NCBI GenBank assembly: GCA_965237955.1
Contig: OZ250169.1
Coordinates: 3,072,001-3,136,000 of the forward strand
Direction: 5' to 3'
Source: Candidatus Marinacidobacterales bacterium
GTDB taxonomy: Bacteria; Acidobacteriota; Vicinamibacteria; Marinacidobacterales; SMYC01
DNA: 64,000 nt
Below, piece by piece: positions 40,992 to 50,882 of this stretch. Under the pieces are notes generated by a model. It searched no databases. It saw nothing but the letters and a program-made list of their open reading frames with translations, and was not told the DNA's origin. Within the stretch, counting starts at the first letter, position 1; each line of letters begins with the position of its first letter. The position numbers were made by a program, and so were the translations under genes.

Positions 40992-42323
40992 GAATAACAG
41001 CGGCTTCCTGCTGCTCCAGCGTGGTCATTAGCAAGCGTAACGTTTGGGCCGAACGGGCCTGAGCCGACGGTTTCGGAAAATCTTGCAATTTGGACAGAAG
41101 GGCTGATTTCCCAAGAAAGGCCGATCAACAACGGGCCGAAGAGCGACGATGGACGGGATGCTCTCAAGCCTTGCCGTATCCTGGTGGATACAAACTCCGA
41201 GGCATCCGAGGCAAGTGAGGGTATCAATGAAGCCCAGGCACACCTGGACCAGAACGTGCTAGCCCGCTACGCCACGGTAGCGCCGGCCTCGATTCTGGGC
41301 CTCGCGGGAGGCCTCTTTTCCGCTGCCGCACGGCCCCCGGTCAGCGCCCGCTCCCCCCTTTGGCGCAAACGTGGCACTCGAAAATCGCGATTAGAGACCA
41401 ATACCGAAAATGAGGCCTGTTCAGCCCTTCTAGCGCGTCTCTGGTGCCACCTACCCCTGCAAAACCCCGCCAACCGCGCGGAAAATCTCACCCGTCTCTG
41501 CAGTGCCACAATTGGCCAGACTGAGTGGCGGATGGTGCAGTCTCGAGCCATCCGGTCTCGGCAAAAGGTATTTTGGCAATTTTGGGAGTCAGGATCGAAC
41601 TTTTGGCCGTGCGCGTGGTTGGGGCAATGTAGCGAAAACTCAGAGAAGCCCTGATGCCCACAGCGTTCTATCCTGTTTTGTTACAGTGACTTAACGGAAG
41701 CCACCACGTGCTGGTCCCCGCACATCTCATCGCGGGTGCTCGTTCCGAGCCGGAATCGAATTTGCTTCAATCAAATTTCTTGTACGGCAATCTCAACCTC
41801 CTGGACGCTTGAAAGAGGGCCGTGTCGTAAACCCTCCGGAGGCGGCTCCGACCGTTACTCATTGTCGCAAAAGGCTTTACGTCTCATCAGCGAATGTTCG
41901 TCGACGGGAACATCTTTCCGGCTATCGCAGTCAGGAGGCTCGAGTGGAGCTTCCGATTCTTGGCTGGAAACGATCAGAAACAGAGCTAAACAGGCCATTA
42001 ACGTGCAATTTGGTGCGATTTTGGGGCTTATCGGGCCGTTTTTCTACTTAATCGCGCAGATAATGAGAAGACGCTTAACGCCTAGATCGCGCCTGAGGAG
42101 AAGGCGAATAGCGGAATTCGAATTGGCCAAACCTCGAATTCATCCAGCGGAGTTTTACGGAGGAAACGAAGATGACTCCGCAGACGGTCCAGTACAAGGA
42201 GCTATCCGAGTCTGGAAACCATGACAGGGAATTTGGGCCAGTTTGAGGCTGATTGGTGGAGGCCAGTGTCGGAGAGCAGCTTGCTGCTAACCGAGCCCAT
42301 TCACGAAGTGGGCGCTGGCAGGC

Positions 42324-43985
42324 TCACAGCGTTTTGACGAGCACTCGCTGTTTCTCCCAATCGTCGGGAAGCGGATGATGCAAGAGGTAGCTCGAGGTCA
42401 GCCCAACGGGCTGGCGGCCTTCGACAATGGCGCGGACGATGTCGGGAGCCAGGAAGGCATAACGGATTGCCTTGCGCACGCGGTCCGTTGGGATGGCGTT
42501 TTCGGTTGCAATCTGCTCATAGGTTTTGCCTGCTTTGATTCGGTCGAGCCAGGAGAGGGCGTTTCTGATATTGCGCAGGAGTGTGCGGTCGACGGATTTC
42601 GTGGGGTTGCCCAGAACGAGCTTGGTCTCGACGCCGCGTCGACGCAAGCGGAACGGTGCGAGGATGCGGAGTGCATCGTCGCGAATGCGTTCGGGTCCCA
42701 TAGAGAGGCAAGCAGCGAACGCATCGCGGTCGAGCAGGATGGACACAGAGCCGGGGCTGATGTCGACCCGCCGGATAAGACGGAGCAGGGGGGCTGCCGA
42801 GGCACTATCATTGTTACTACCGGAACACAGCCCGTCTAAAAAGCGACGCACCGAGGCGAGCTCTTGCATCGTCGGAGTGTGGATCAACGAGGCCGAGAAG
42901 GTCGTGGCATCCACATGCTGTCGGATGAGATGCACGACGGTCTGTTCCAGCATCGGGGCGGGCAGTCGCCAGCCGGAGAGGTCCTTTTGGCCACTGTGCT
43001 GGATGAGGCGCCGGGAGACGTAGTAGCGGAGCCGTTGCCCGTTTTTCTTTTTGGTGTGGCTCGGCGTCAGCCGGTCCCCGGTCTCGTCGAAGAGCTTGCC
43101 TGCCAGTGGGGAAGGGGCGGCACGGCCCTTCGTCGTGCGTCTCCTTGGTTTGGCAGCCCCTGCCTGCAGCTGCGTTTGGACCGCGTCCCAGAGCTCCGGA
43201 GCAATGATCGATGGATGCTGGCCCTCGTACACACGCCTCTGGTGCCGGATGCGGCCGGCGTAGAGAGGATTGGTCAGCAGGCAGTGGAGGTGTCCGCGAC
43301 GGAACGGCAGCCCGCCCGTTCGGGTTCCATCCGCGGTGAAGCGTTGCTTGGTACGCAGTCTCAGACGGTCCGCCTCGGCCTTCACCTGCCGGAGCGTTTC
43401 GTGCTTTCGGTACAGCGCATAGAGCGTCCGGACCGTTTCGGCCTCAGCCTCGTTGATGCGCAGCGTGCGCCCGTCCTTCTCATAGCCTAGCGGTACGCGG
43501 CCGCCCATCCATAGTCCCTTGCGCTTGGAGGCAGCGACCTTATCGTGGATCCGCTCGGCCGTGACCTCGCGTTCGAATTGTGCGAAGGACAGCAGCATAT
43601 GCAGCGTCAGTCGTCCCATGCTGGTCGCGGTGTTGAAGGACTGAGTCACCGAGACGAAAACCGCGCCGGCCGCCTCGAGCCGCTCGACGAGCTTCGCAAA
43701 GTCGGAGAGGGAACGGGTCAGCCGGTCGACCTTGTAGACCACAATCTGGTCGACGAGACCTGCGTCGATGTCGGCGAGCAAGCGCTGGAGGCCCGGGCGC
43801 TCCAGGGTTCCTCCCGAGAGCCCCGCGTCCTCGTAGACGGTTGGCAGCAGCACCCAGCCCTCCGCTTTCTGGCTCGCGACATACGCGGCGCAGGCTTCTC
43901 GCTGCGCATCGAGGGAGTTGAACTCCTGTTCGAGACCCTCTTCCGCACTCTTTCGCGTATAGATGGCACAGCGGATCTTCTTCAT
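42324..43985 (-). CDS. Large serine recombinase, ~553 aa
   Basis: RCAIYTRKS (catalytic Ser), DAGLSGG..RPGL, KVDRLTRS, FEREVTAER, PLGY, NPLYAG, YEGQHPSII. Confidence 0.92.
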   Translation of the reverse strand: MKKIRCAIYTRKSAEEGLEQEFNSLDAQREACAAYVASQKAEGWVLLPTVYEDAGLSGGTLERPGLQRLLADIDAGLVDQIVVYKVDRLTRSLSDFAKLVERLEAAGAVFVSVTQSFNTATSMGRLTLHMLLSFAQFEREVTAERIHDKVAASKRKGLWMGGRVPLGYEKDGRTLRINEAEAETVRTLYALYRKHETLRQVKAEADRLRLRTKQRFTADGTRTGGLPFRRGHLHCLLTNPLYAGRIRHQRRVYEGQHPSIIAPELWDAVQTQLQAGAAKPRRRTTKGRAAPSPLAGKLFDETGDRLTPSHTKKKNGQRLRYYVSRRLIQHSGQKDLSGWRLPAPMLEQTVVHLIRQHVDATTFSASLIHTPTMQELASVRRFLDGLCSGSNNDSASAAPLLRLIRRVDISPGSVSILLDRDAFAACLSMGPERIRDDALRILAPFRLRRRGVETKLVLGNPTKSVDRTLLRNIRNALSWLDRIKAGKTYEQIATENAIPTDRVRKAIRYAFLAPDIVRAIVEGRQPVGLTSSYLLHHPLPDDWEKQRVLVKTL

Positions 43986-43986
43986 G

Positions 43987-44418
43987 TTAGGCCTTGCGCT
44001 TGGGCGTGAGACCGAAAAAGCGTGGTCCTGACCAGTGGGTGCCGGTGATTCGCTTTGTGATGGCGGTGAGGGACGGATAGGTTTTGCCATCGAACCGATA
44101 GCCGTTGTCGATTACCTCGACCTGGTAGGTCCGGCCATTCCACTCGCGGACGAGATGGGTGCCGGCAGAAACGGACCCTGCGGGAGCGCCGGAGCTTGGT
44201 GTCTCGTTCGCCATGGCAGCCAGAGCGCGCCGGGTTGTGGCCGAATGCCAGCCAAGGGTCCGGCACTGGCGTTCGTACGCAAGAACGCGGCGCATGAAAA
44301 CGCGAGAGAGCGAGCTTGGAGGAGCAGCCCCAAAGGTCTGCTCCCAGACCCGCCGCAAGCTGGCGAAGTCCAAACCGTCCAGAACGACGTTCCGCCCAAC
44401 CCCTGTATCCTGCGGCAT
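43987..44418 (-). CDS. DUF2924-family protein
   Basis: As 5284-5715. Confidence 0.85.
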   Translation of the reverse strand: MPQDTGVGRNVVLDGLDFASLRRVWEQTFGAAPPSSLSRVFMRRVLAYERQCRTLGWHSATTRRALAAMANETPSSGAPAGSVSAGTHLVREWNGRTYQVEVIDNGYRFDGKTYPSLTAITKRITGTHWSGPRFFGLTPKRKA

Positions 44419-45113
44419 CACCGAACGTTCGCTCTTGTGCTCGATAAAGTCCAGTCTAATGAGGGACTTCCGGGTGCGCAGTCCGTTGCTCGTAGCTCGC
44501 CCCGCAGCCGATTTGAGCCAGCCGTGCGCACCCCCGGTGGGCCTGTCGCTCGCCACCCGCAGCCCAGGGGTCATAAGCCAGCCCTGCGGCGCGAAATACA
44601 CTCGATTCTGCGCGGATTCCAAGGGCGTCTAAGCTGCTGATTTGTGGTCTATTTCAAAAGGGCCGAGTTTTGGCACAGGACGGGGTGGCGGATAAGCGAA
44701 ACCTCCTCGGGCTTTCTCGGAAAAAGCTGGAATCATGCGCGACGCCCGAAGCTGACAAGTGGTGGGGTTGTCTGCGAGCGTTGAATGGTGCGGCCAGTCT
44801 AGATGCCTTAACGCTCCAAGTTCATAAGACTCCGGTGGCGTCGTCGGGTCGAACGGCACGAAGCAGCCAAGCGATGGCAAGTCCTAACCACGCAATCAAC
44901 GCTGGATCGACTTTTTGCGGAGCACAGGTTACCCAGCTTCTTCAGAGTATCCTGCGCGGTGTTTCTCGCTTTGATTCGCTCTCCTTCCGCGCCGTCGCGT
45001 ACGTCGCGTGTTGGGTTCCCGCGACAAGAGTCACCCGCACGGATCCCGTCACGACCACTTCTTCGCGAGTGAAACGGAGTGCGCCGTCTCCGGATTTCCA
45101 GTCGAGAACGCGG

Positions 45114-45569
45114 CTAGTTGGACTCGATCGGAGCGCTCAGGACGTTGGTCCCCCACATCAGCTTGATCTCGCCGCTGTTGCCGGAGCCGGACAGCTCGAT
45201 CGTGAACTGTTCCGTCGCGTCTCCGTCCTTCTTCCACGTGAGCTGGGCTTCGCCCACGTCGCGGCTGGCGTCGTGGGACGTGCCCCACTGCCCGGTCTGG
45301 GAGTTGAACACTAGGTGCCACGTGTCTTCGCTCACTCGTTTCGTGAACAAGCTGTACGCGCCCTTCGCGATCGCAGTGCCGGAAACGGTGATGTCGGCCC
45401 CGGTCGTGAACGTGGTGGATTGATCCGCGCCTGTGCGCCAAACGGTACCCACGGGGGCTTGGCCGAGCATGTCGCGTCCCCGGAGACTCGGCCGACCGTA
45501 GTCCACGGAAACCTCGCTTCCGCCTATGGTCGCTTTGGATGTGCCGCGGGGAGACTGAGCCCACGCCAC
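45114..45569 (-). CDS. DUF2911-family protein, 5' end clipped
   Basis: SPR, VDYGRP..RGR, VWRTGA, YSLF motifs; signal peptide region interrupted by an rve-IS end at ~45575. Confidence 0.75.
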   Translation of the reverse strand: MAWAQSPRGTSKATIGGSEVSVDYGRPSLRGRDMLGQAPVGTVWRTGADQSTTFTTGADITVSGTAIAKGAYSLFTKRVSEDTWHLVFNSQTGQWGTSHDASRDVGEAQLTWKKDGDATEQFTIELSGSGNSGEIKLMWGTNVLSAPIESN

Positions 45570-45845
45570 GACGCCCAGCCAGCTAGAACGAGCAGTAGGA
45601 ATTGCACGTGGTACGTCATCATGGATCTGAAGATAACACCCTCGGGCCAGACGATTGTAAAGCCTACGGCCCTTGGTCCGGTCGCAAACACAGACACTAA
45701 GCTGCTGATTTATGGTCTATTTCAAAAGGGCCGAGTTTTGGCACAGGACGGGGAATTGAGATAAACGAATAGGGGAATGTCAGAGCAGCACGTGAGGAGT
45801 TCCATTCGAGCACACGAATGGTTTTCTGCCTCTCCGTTCAAAAGA

Positions 45846-45943
45846 GTTGTGCTCCGCAAAAAGTCGATCCGGCGTTGATTCCGCGGGTTAGACCTACCAT
45901 AGTCGGCTGCTTCTGGCCGGTTTTCTTTTTTGCGGATCACAAC
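45846..45943. mobile_element. ~96-bp MITE copy
   Basis: Reverse copy of 17971-18066. Confidence 0.8.
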
Positions 45944-45992
45944 AGCCAGCGGCCAACGTGGTCAATACCGGAAAATCAGGTGTTGCCTAGCC

Positions 45993-47408
45993 CTAGCTGA
46001 AGTCCACCCCGAAGAACAGCACCGCGATGATGATCGCCGCCACGGCCAGCGGCGACACGAACTGAATGAAGAACCGCCACGCTCCATAGTTGAACCACCT
46101 GGGTTCTGAGCCATCCACGAGCTCCCGCTCGGTGTACTTGCGCGTCAGGAACCAGCCCGCCGCGATCGTGATCGCAAATCCCCCGGTCGGGAGCATCCAG
46201 TTCGACACGAAGTGGTCGACCATGCCGAACCAGCTCGCCTTGCCGCCGAAGAGCATCTGGCCGAGCGCGCCGCCGAGTTGGAGCTCGGTGATCGCGCCGA
46301 CACCACCGAACGACAACGCGGCGAGGACCGTGAAGGCAAACACCGCACCACCACACAGCAGCGTCGCCGTGGCCCGCGGCATGTGGTGTTCGTCGATCAC
46401 GTAGGCAGCGACCACTTCCAGTAGCGACATCGTCGAGGTGAGCGCCGCGAGGGCCACCAACACGTAGAAGAGTGGCCCCAGGAATGCCCCGAACGGGACC
46501 TCGGTGAAGAACAGCTGCGGCAGCGAGATGAAGAGCATCCCCACAGTGCCCGTGCCGCTGACCTGCTCATCCATACCCGGCACGCTGAAGATCACCGAGA
46601 ACATGATCACCGTGGCCACGAGTGCGATCAGCGTATCGAGCACGACGATGATCGCCGAGGCTTTCACGATCGACTGATGCTTTGCGATGTACGAGCCGTA
46701 CGTCACCATCGCGCCCATGCCGAGCGAGAGCGTGAAGAACGCGTGGCCGAGCGCCTCGAGGACGCTCCCCCCATCCAACTCGCCGAAGCGCGGCAGGAAG
46801 ATGAAGCGGAGCGCCTCACCGGCCCCGGCCATCTCCAAGGCGGAGACAAGCAGCAAGACGAGGATCCCGAAGAGAATCGGCAGAAAGACACGCGCGATGC
46901 GCTCGATGCCCTTTTGGACGCCGAAGTAGACGACCGAGACCGTGGCGATACTGAACCCGAGAGACAAGCCAAGCTGCAGGCCGCCATTGGCCGCCTGCGC
47001 ACCGAACAGCTCGCCCATCGAGGCGCCCGCCGGGAATCCACCGACCGACCAGCCCGCGGACTTGGCGAAGTAGAAGAGCGACCAGCCCGCAATCACCGTG
47101 TAGTAGCTGAGCAGCAGAAAGCCGCAGAGCACGCCCCAGAGGCCAACGATGCCCCACGCCGGCCCGATGGCCTGCTTGAGCGCCCCGACCACGCTCTTCT
47201 GCGTCGCTCGCCCGATCAGCAGTTCGGCCATCATGATGGGCAGGCCCACGGCGGCGATGCACACGAGGTACACGAGGACGAAGGCCCCGCCGTTGTTCTC
47301 CCACGTGACGAACGGGAACTTCCACAGGTTGCCGAGGCCGATCGCGCTCCCGGTCGCGGCGAGAATTAAGCCGGTGTTCGAACTCCAATGGCCGCGCGGC
47401 TCTGACAT
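45993..47408 (-). CDS. Sodium-dependent transporter, NSS/SNF family
   Basis: GSAIGLGNLWKFP, NGGAF, GIER, AFFTLSLGMG..TYGSY; many transmembrane segments. Confidence 0.93.
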   Translation of the reverse strand: MSEPRGHWSSNTGLILAATGSAIGLGNLWKFPFVTWENNGGAFVLVYLVCIAAVGLPIMMAELLIGRATQKSVVGALKQAIGPAWGIVGLWGVLCGFLLLSYYTVIAGWSLFYFAKSAGWSVGGFPAGASMGELFGAQAANGGLQLGLSLGFSIATVSVVYFGVQKGIERIARVFLPILFGILVLLLVSALEMAGAGEALRFIFLPRFGELDGGSVLEALGHAFFTLSLGMGAMVTYGSYIAKHQSIVKASAIIVVLDTLIALVATVIMFSVIFSVPGMDEQVSGTGTVGMLFISLPQLFFTEVPFGAFLGPLFYVLVALAALTSTMSLLEVVAAYVIDEHHMPRATATLLCGGAVFAFTVLAALSFGGVGAITELQLGGALGQMLFGGKASWFGMVDHFVSNWMLPTGGFAITIAAGWFLTRKYTERELVDGSEPRWFNYGAWRFFIQFVSPLAVAAIIIAVLFFGVDFS

Positions 47409-47687
47409 GTGTCGTTCTCCGATCGATGGCGTGGTCTACGGGAGGCGATGCGGCCCCAATAGATCCCGGCCCGTGAAGTCTCGCCCAGTAGACGTTACGT
47501 AAATACTCTAAAGGATTTCTGTCGGGCCAGCGAGCGGCACGGCAGTATCGCGCGTCAGCACGCCACGGAGAGAGGTCGGAAGCCAGCCCTGCGGCGCGAA
47601 ATACCCTCGATTCTGCGCGGATTCCAAGGGCGTCTAAGCAGCTGATTTGTGGTCTATTTCAAAAGGGCTGAGTTTTGGCACAGGACG

Positions 47688-49005
47688 GGGTGTACCTCTC
47701 GGCGGTAGAGGATGCGTTCGGATCTGATATCGACTACGTAATGTTGATCAAAAACTACGGAGACGCGCCGGAAGGTCAGAGGCGGTACAGCCCGGCCGTC
47801 TGCACCGGAGCGACGCGGATACGCGTCACTGGCGACCCCGACGATGACCACATCTCCACGAGCTACGTCGAGCGCCAGAACCTGACGATGCGGATGTCGA
47901 TGCGGCGTTACACGCGGCTGACGAACGCCTTCTCGAAGAAGCTGGCGAACCTGGAGCATCACGTCGCGCTCTACTTCGTGCACTACAACTTCTGCCGGGT
48001 CCACAAGACGTTGAGAACGTCGCCGGCGATGGCAGCCAAAATCACGGACACGCTTCACGACATGGAGTGGATCGTCGGCCTCATCGATGCGCGGGCACCG
48101 AAGCCAGGCCCACGCGGACCCTACCGAAAGCGCCAGCAGGCAGCATAACCCAGGGCTTGGGACTGTTGGTGCTTGATCTGCCAACCTCGTTCAGCTTAGA
48201 ATCCCACTAGCTCGGTTTCCCCGAGTCCGTTGATTCTTTCGGCTTAGTCTCCATAGAATCAGCCGCCCCGCTAGCCGGCCGCTAGCGGGGCGGCGCACTT
48301 TCGCCGGCCTCGATGGAGCCGAAACATGGAGACTAAGGATGATAATTCCGTCTTTACCCCCGATCCCTGATCCGTTCGACGACCCACGACTCAAAAAAGA
48401 ACTTCTCCAAATGGCGAAGGCGTTCGAAACCCACGAGAAGAAGTTCGCTGCGCTTAAGCCACAAGTGGAGCGTCAGTTCCGTCATATGTCGGCAGAGTTA
48501 GCGCGAAGCTGGCCTGCTCTGAGGCAGTCGCGTGTCAAACTTGAAGGAAAACCAAGCATGAAGATTCCATCTATACCCGTCGCTCCATTTGAGCTGAAGC
48601 TCCCTAGAAGCGATCAGCTAGAAACCATCATCCGTAGACTTGACGAAATTGATTCTACTCTGGGAAAGGTCGTAATTTTGATGCAGGAAGGGTTGAATCG
48701 GAAGGTTCAGACCGAGACGAGCCCAACGTCGGAAGGACATACTCAACCACCCTCAAAGCCGAAAACTGTTCGTTAAATGTCGTTCCACTGTTTTCCAAAA
48801 GCTCGATGATAGACTGGGCCAGGGCGAGCGAAATGGCGCGTTTTCCGACTAGATGAGAACCGGGAAGGTCCGACATGAAACCCCACTTGTGAAGGCCTGG
48901 AAGGAAATTATAGCATGAAGCCCAACTGGTAGCGTTCAGAGCGGCGAGGCTTACGCCTTCCAACTTGTGAGCTCCATTTTCTTAATTTCAAACTGAGACA
49001 CTACC
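47688..49005 (+). mobile_element. Second IS1-family element, 5'-truncated, with passenger DNA
   Basis: Transposase C-terminus 47688-48148 (TSYVERQNLTMRM..RRYTRLTNAFSKK, YNFCR, SPAMAA); candidate right IR TTCAAACTGAGACACTACC at 48987-49005. Confidence 0.7.
48339..48776 (+). CDS. Hypothetical protein (passenger)
   Basis: 145-aa ORF with a GGAG RBS in lower-GC DNA; no recognised motif. Confidence 0.45.
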   Translation: MIIPSLPPIPDPFDDPRLKKELLQMAKAFETHEKKFAALKPQVERQFRHMSAELARSWPALRQSRVKLEGKPSMKIPSIPVAPFELKLPRSDQLETIIRRLDEIDSTLGKVVILMQEGLNRKVQTETSPTSEGHTQPPSKPKTVR

Positions 49006-49264
49006 CCATCAAGTGTTGCTTCAGTTGGCCTGCCTGTGCCGGCGAACGCGTCGTGTCCAAAAATACAAACGAACTCAAGATCGGCACGCCGGGACGTTTC
49101 GGAATAGATTGATGACAGCTAGTGGACCCACTGGTAGTTGATGCGGGCACGAATCAAAGCTGGGGATTATTACAGCGAATTGGAATCCTCGTTCAAGGGG
49201 AAACCGTAGTATCCTGGGAGCGTCTTTCAATACAGAAGGGGGCAACGCCATTTGGAGGAGAACT

Positions 49265-49516
49265 ATGGCAAAAGCGCGAGTGTTGACGCGGTTGGAACTA
49301 GCCGAGCATTTGGGTGTCGATAAACAGATGGTAACGAAATGGGAGCGGTCTGGGATGCCGGTCCACACCAGAGGGCGCGGCGTGGCGTCTCAATTCCGTC
49401 TGGGGGAGGTCCGGGCGTGGCTAAGGGTGCGGGAAGCGAAGGCCAAAGCGGCGGAGAAGGCGAAGGTGCGGGAAGCCAAAGCGTCAGAGAAGGCGAAGAA
49501 GACAGCGAAGGGTTAG
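49265..49516 (+). CDS. Phage terminase-small-subunit (Nu1)-like / excisionase-type wHTH, probably truncated
   Basis: RBS GGAGG; LTRLELAEHLGV....VTKWERSGMP.....G....F....V..W; abuts a DUF2924 fragment at ~49515. Confidence 0.55.
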   Translation: MAKARVLTRLELAEHLGVDKQMVTKWERSGMPVHTRGRGVASQFRLGEVRAWLRVREAKAKAAEKAKVREAKASEKAKKTAKG

Positions 49517-50404
49517 CCCCAAAGGTTTGCTCCCAGACCCGCCGTAAGCTGGCGAAGTCCAAACCGTCCAAAACGACGTTCCGGCCAATCCCTGTATCCT
49601 GCGGCATCACCGAACGTTCGCTCTTGTGCTCGATAAAGTCCAGTCTAATGAAGGACTTCCGGGTGCGAAGTTCACTGCCCGCAGCTCGCCCCGCAGCCGA
49701 TTTGAGCCAGCCGTGCGCACCCCCGGTGGGCCTGTCGCTCGCCACCCGCAGCCCAGGGGTCGGAAGCCAGCCCTGCGGCGCGAAATACCCTCGATTCTGC
49801 GCGGATTCCAAGAGCGTCTAAGCTGCTGATTTGTGGTCTATTTCAAAAGGGCCGAGTTTTGGCACAGGACGGGGAGCGGCGCACCTCGCTCACGGCCGTA
49901 CGAAGTCATGGCACGCTGGTACGATGTCGACGGCAAGCCGTCGCTGTTCATCTTCGGTCCCGCCGCTCAGACCCCGTTTGGCCTAATCTCCGATCCCCAG
50001 AAGGGCAAGGTAGGGGCCATCCTGCGGGAGGTATGTCGGAATGGACGATAGACGATGTTTCGTTCAGTTCTCGCACCCCGGGGGCGTTGTTGCACCGCTC
50101 TTGGCTGAGAGCGAAATCTGCCTATCGTGGTGGCCGGGGTCGGAGAGCAGATGATGCAAGAGGTAGCTTGAGGTCAGCCCAACAGGCTGGCGGCCGTCGA
50201 CAATGGCACGGACGATGTCGGGTGCCAGGAAAGCATAGCGGATTGCCTCGATATTCGCTCTCGACTAGGTGGTCATCTGCATGGTGACGACCCGCCCGCC
50301 CAAGACAATTGTAGAGCCTACGGCCCTTGGCCCAGTCGCAAACACAGACACTAAGCTGTTGATTTATCAGCTATTTCAAAAGGGCTGAGTTTTGGCACAG
50401 GACG

Positions 50405-50662
50405 CCATCCGGACAACCAGGCCCGTTTCAATCGCCATGTCTGAATAGACCCGTTGACCGCCAGGCTTACCGGTCTTGTCGGCCTTCCAGTTCGCGATTG
50501 CCTCCTCGTCAAACCAGACTGTCAAATCGCCCCGGCGGCGCAGCCCTTCGTTGTATTCCGCCCAGTTGCGAACGTGGTACTTCTTCTGCTTCGCGTGCTT
50601 GTACTGGCAGCGCTTGGGATACTTCATGCTCGAACATACCTCGGCCACCACCATAGGCGGAT
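50405..50662 (-). mobile_element. IS903-group 5' fragment interrupted by IS21 (left IR resumes 53604-53641)
   Basis: Identical to the start of 6729-7812 in reverse orientation. Confidence 0.88.
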
Positions 50663-50680
50663 TGCGTATTCCGGGGCATC

Positions 50681-50820
50681 GTGAACGCAGATTCCAGCCG
50701 AAGGTGAACATCCATTCCAAAGCATCGTGAACACGGATTCCGGGGATCGTGAACATCGATTCCGGGGAAGGTGAACACGGATTCCAGGCAACGTGAACGC
50801 CGGTTCCGGCATCGCGAACG
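50681..50820. repeat. Array of ~7 imperfect ~22-bp IstA-binding repeats at the IS21 left end
   Basis: GTGAAC-N4-ATTCC units at ~22-bp period; inverted GTTCAC-type units at the right end. Confidence 0.8.
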
Positions 50821-50882
50821 CTCATCGATAGCACGTTTCAAGGCAACTCTAGGTCGTACCCGGAAGGAGGACGATCTAGGAA

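Noticed and set aside
41520-41560. TGGCGGA... motif (also ~56623) as a tRNA 3' end or att site
   Set aside because: No T-arm (GTTCGAA-type) or cloverleaf is visible; an att role is possible but cannot be supported from this window.
41736-42224. Conserved ORF ending AIRVWKP downstream of the recombinase copies
   Set aside because: Starts and lengths differ between copies and there is no recognisable motif; conservation is explained by DNA duplication.
50681-50820. ~22-bp periodic repeats as a mini-CRISPR or iterons
   Set aside because: No unique spacers; they lie inside the IS21 left end, where multiple IstA sites are expected.
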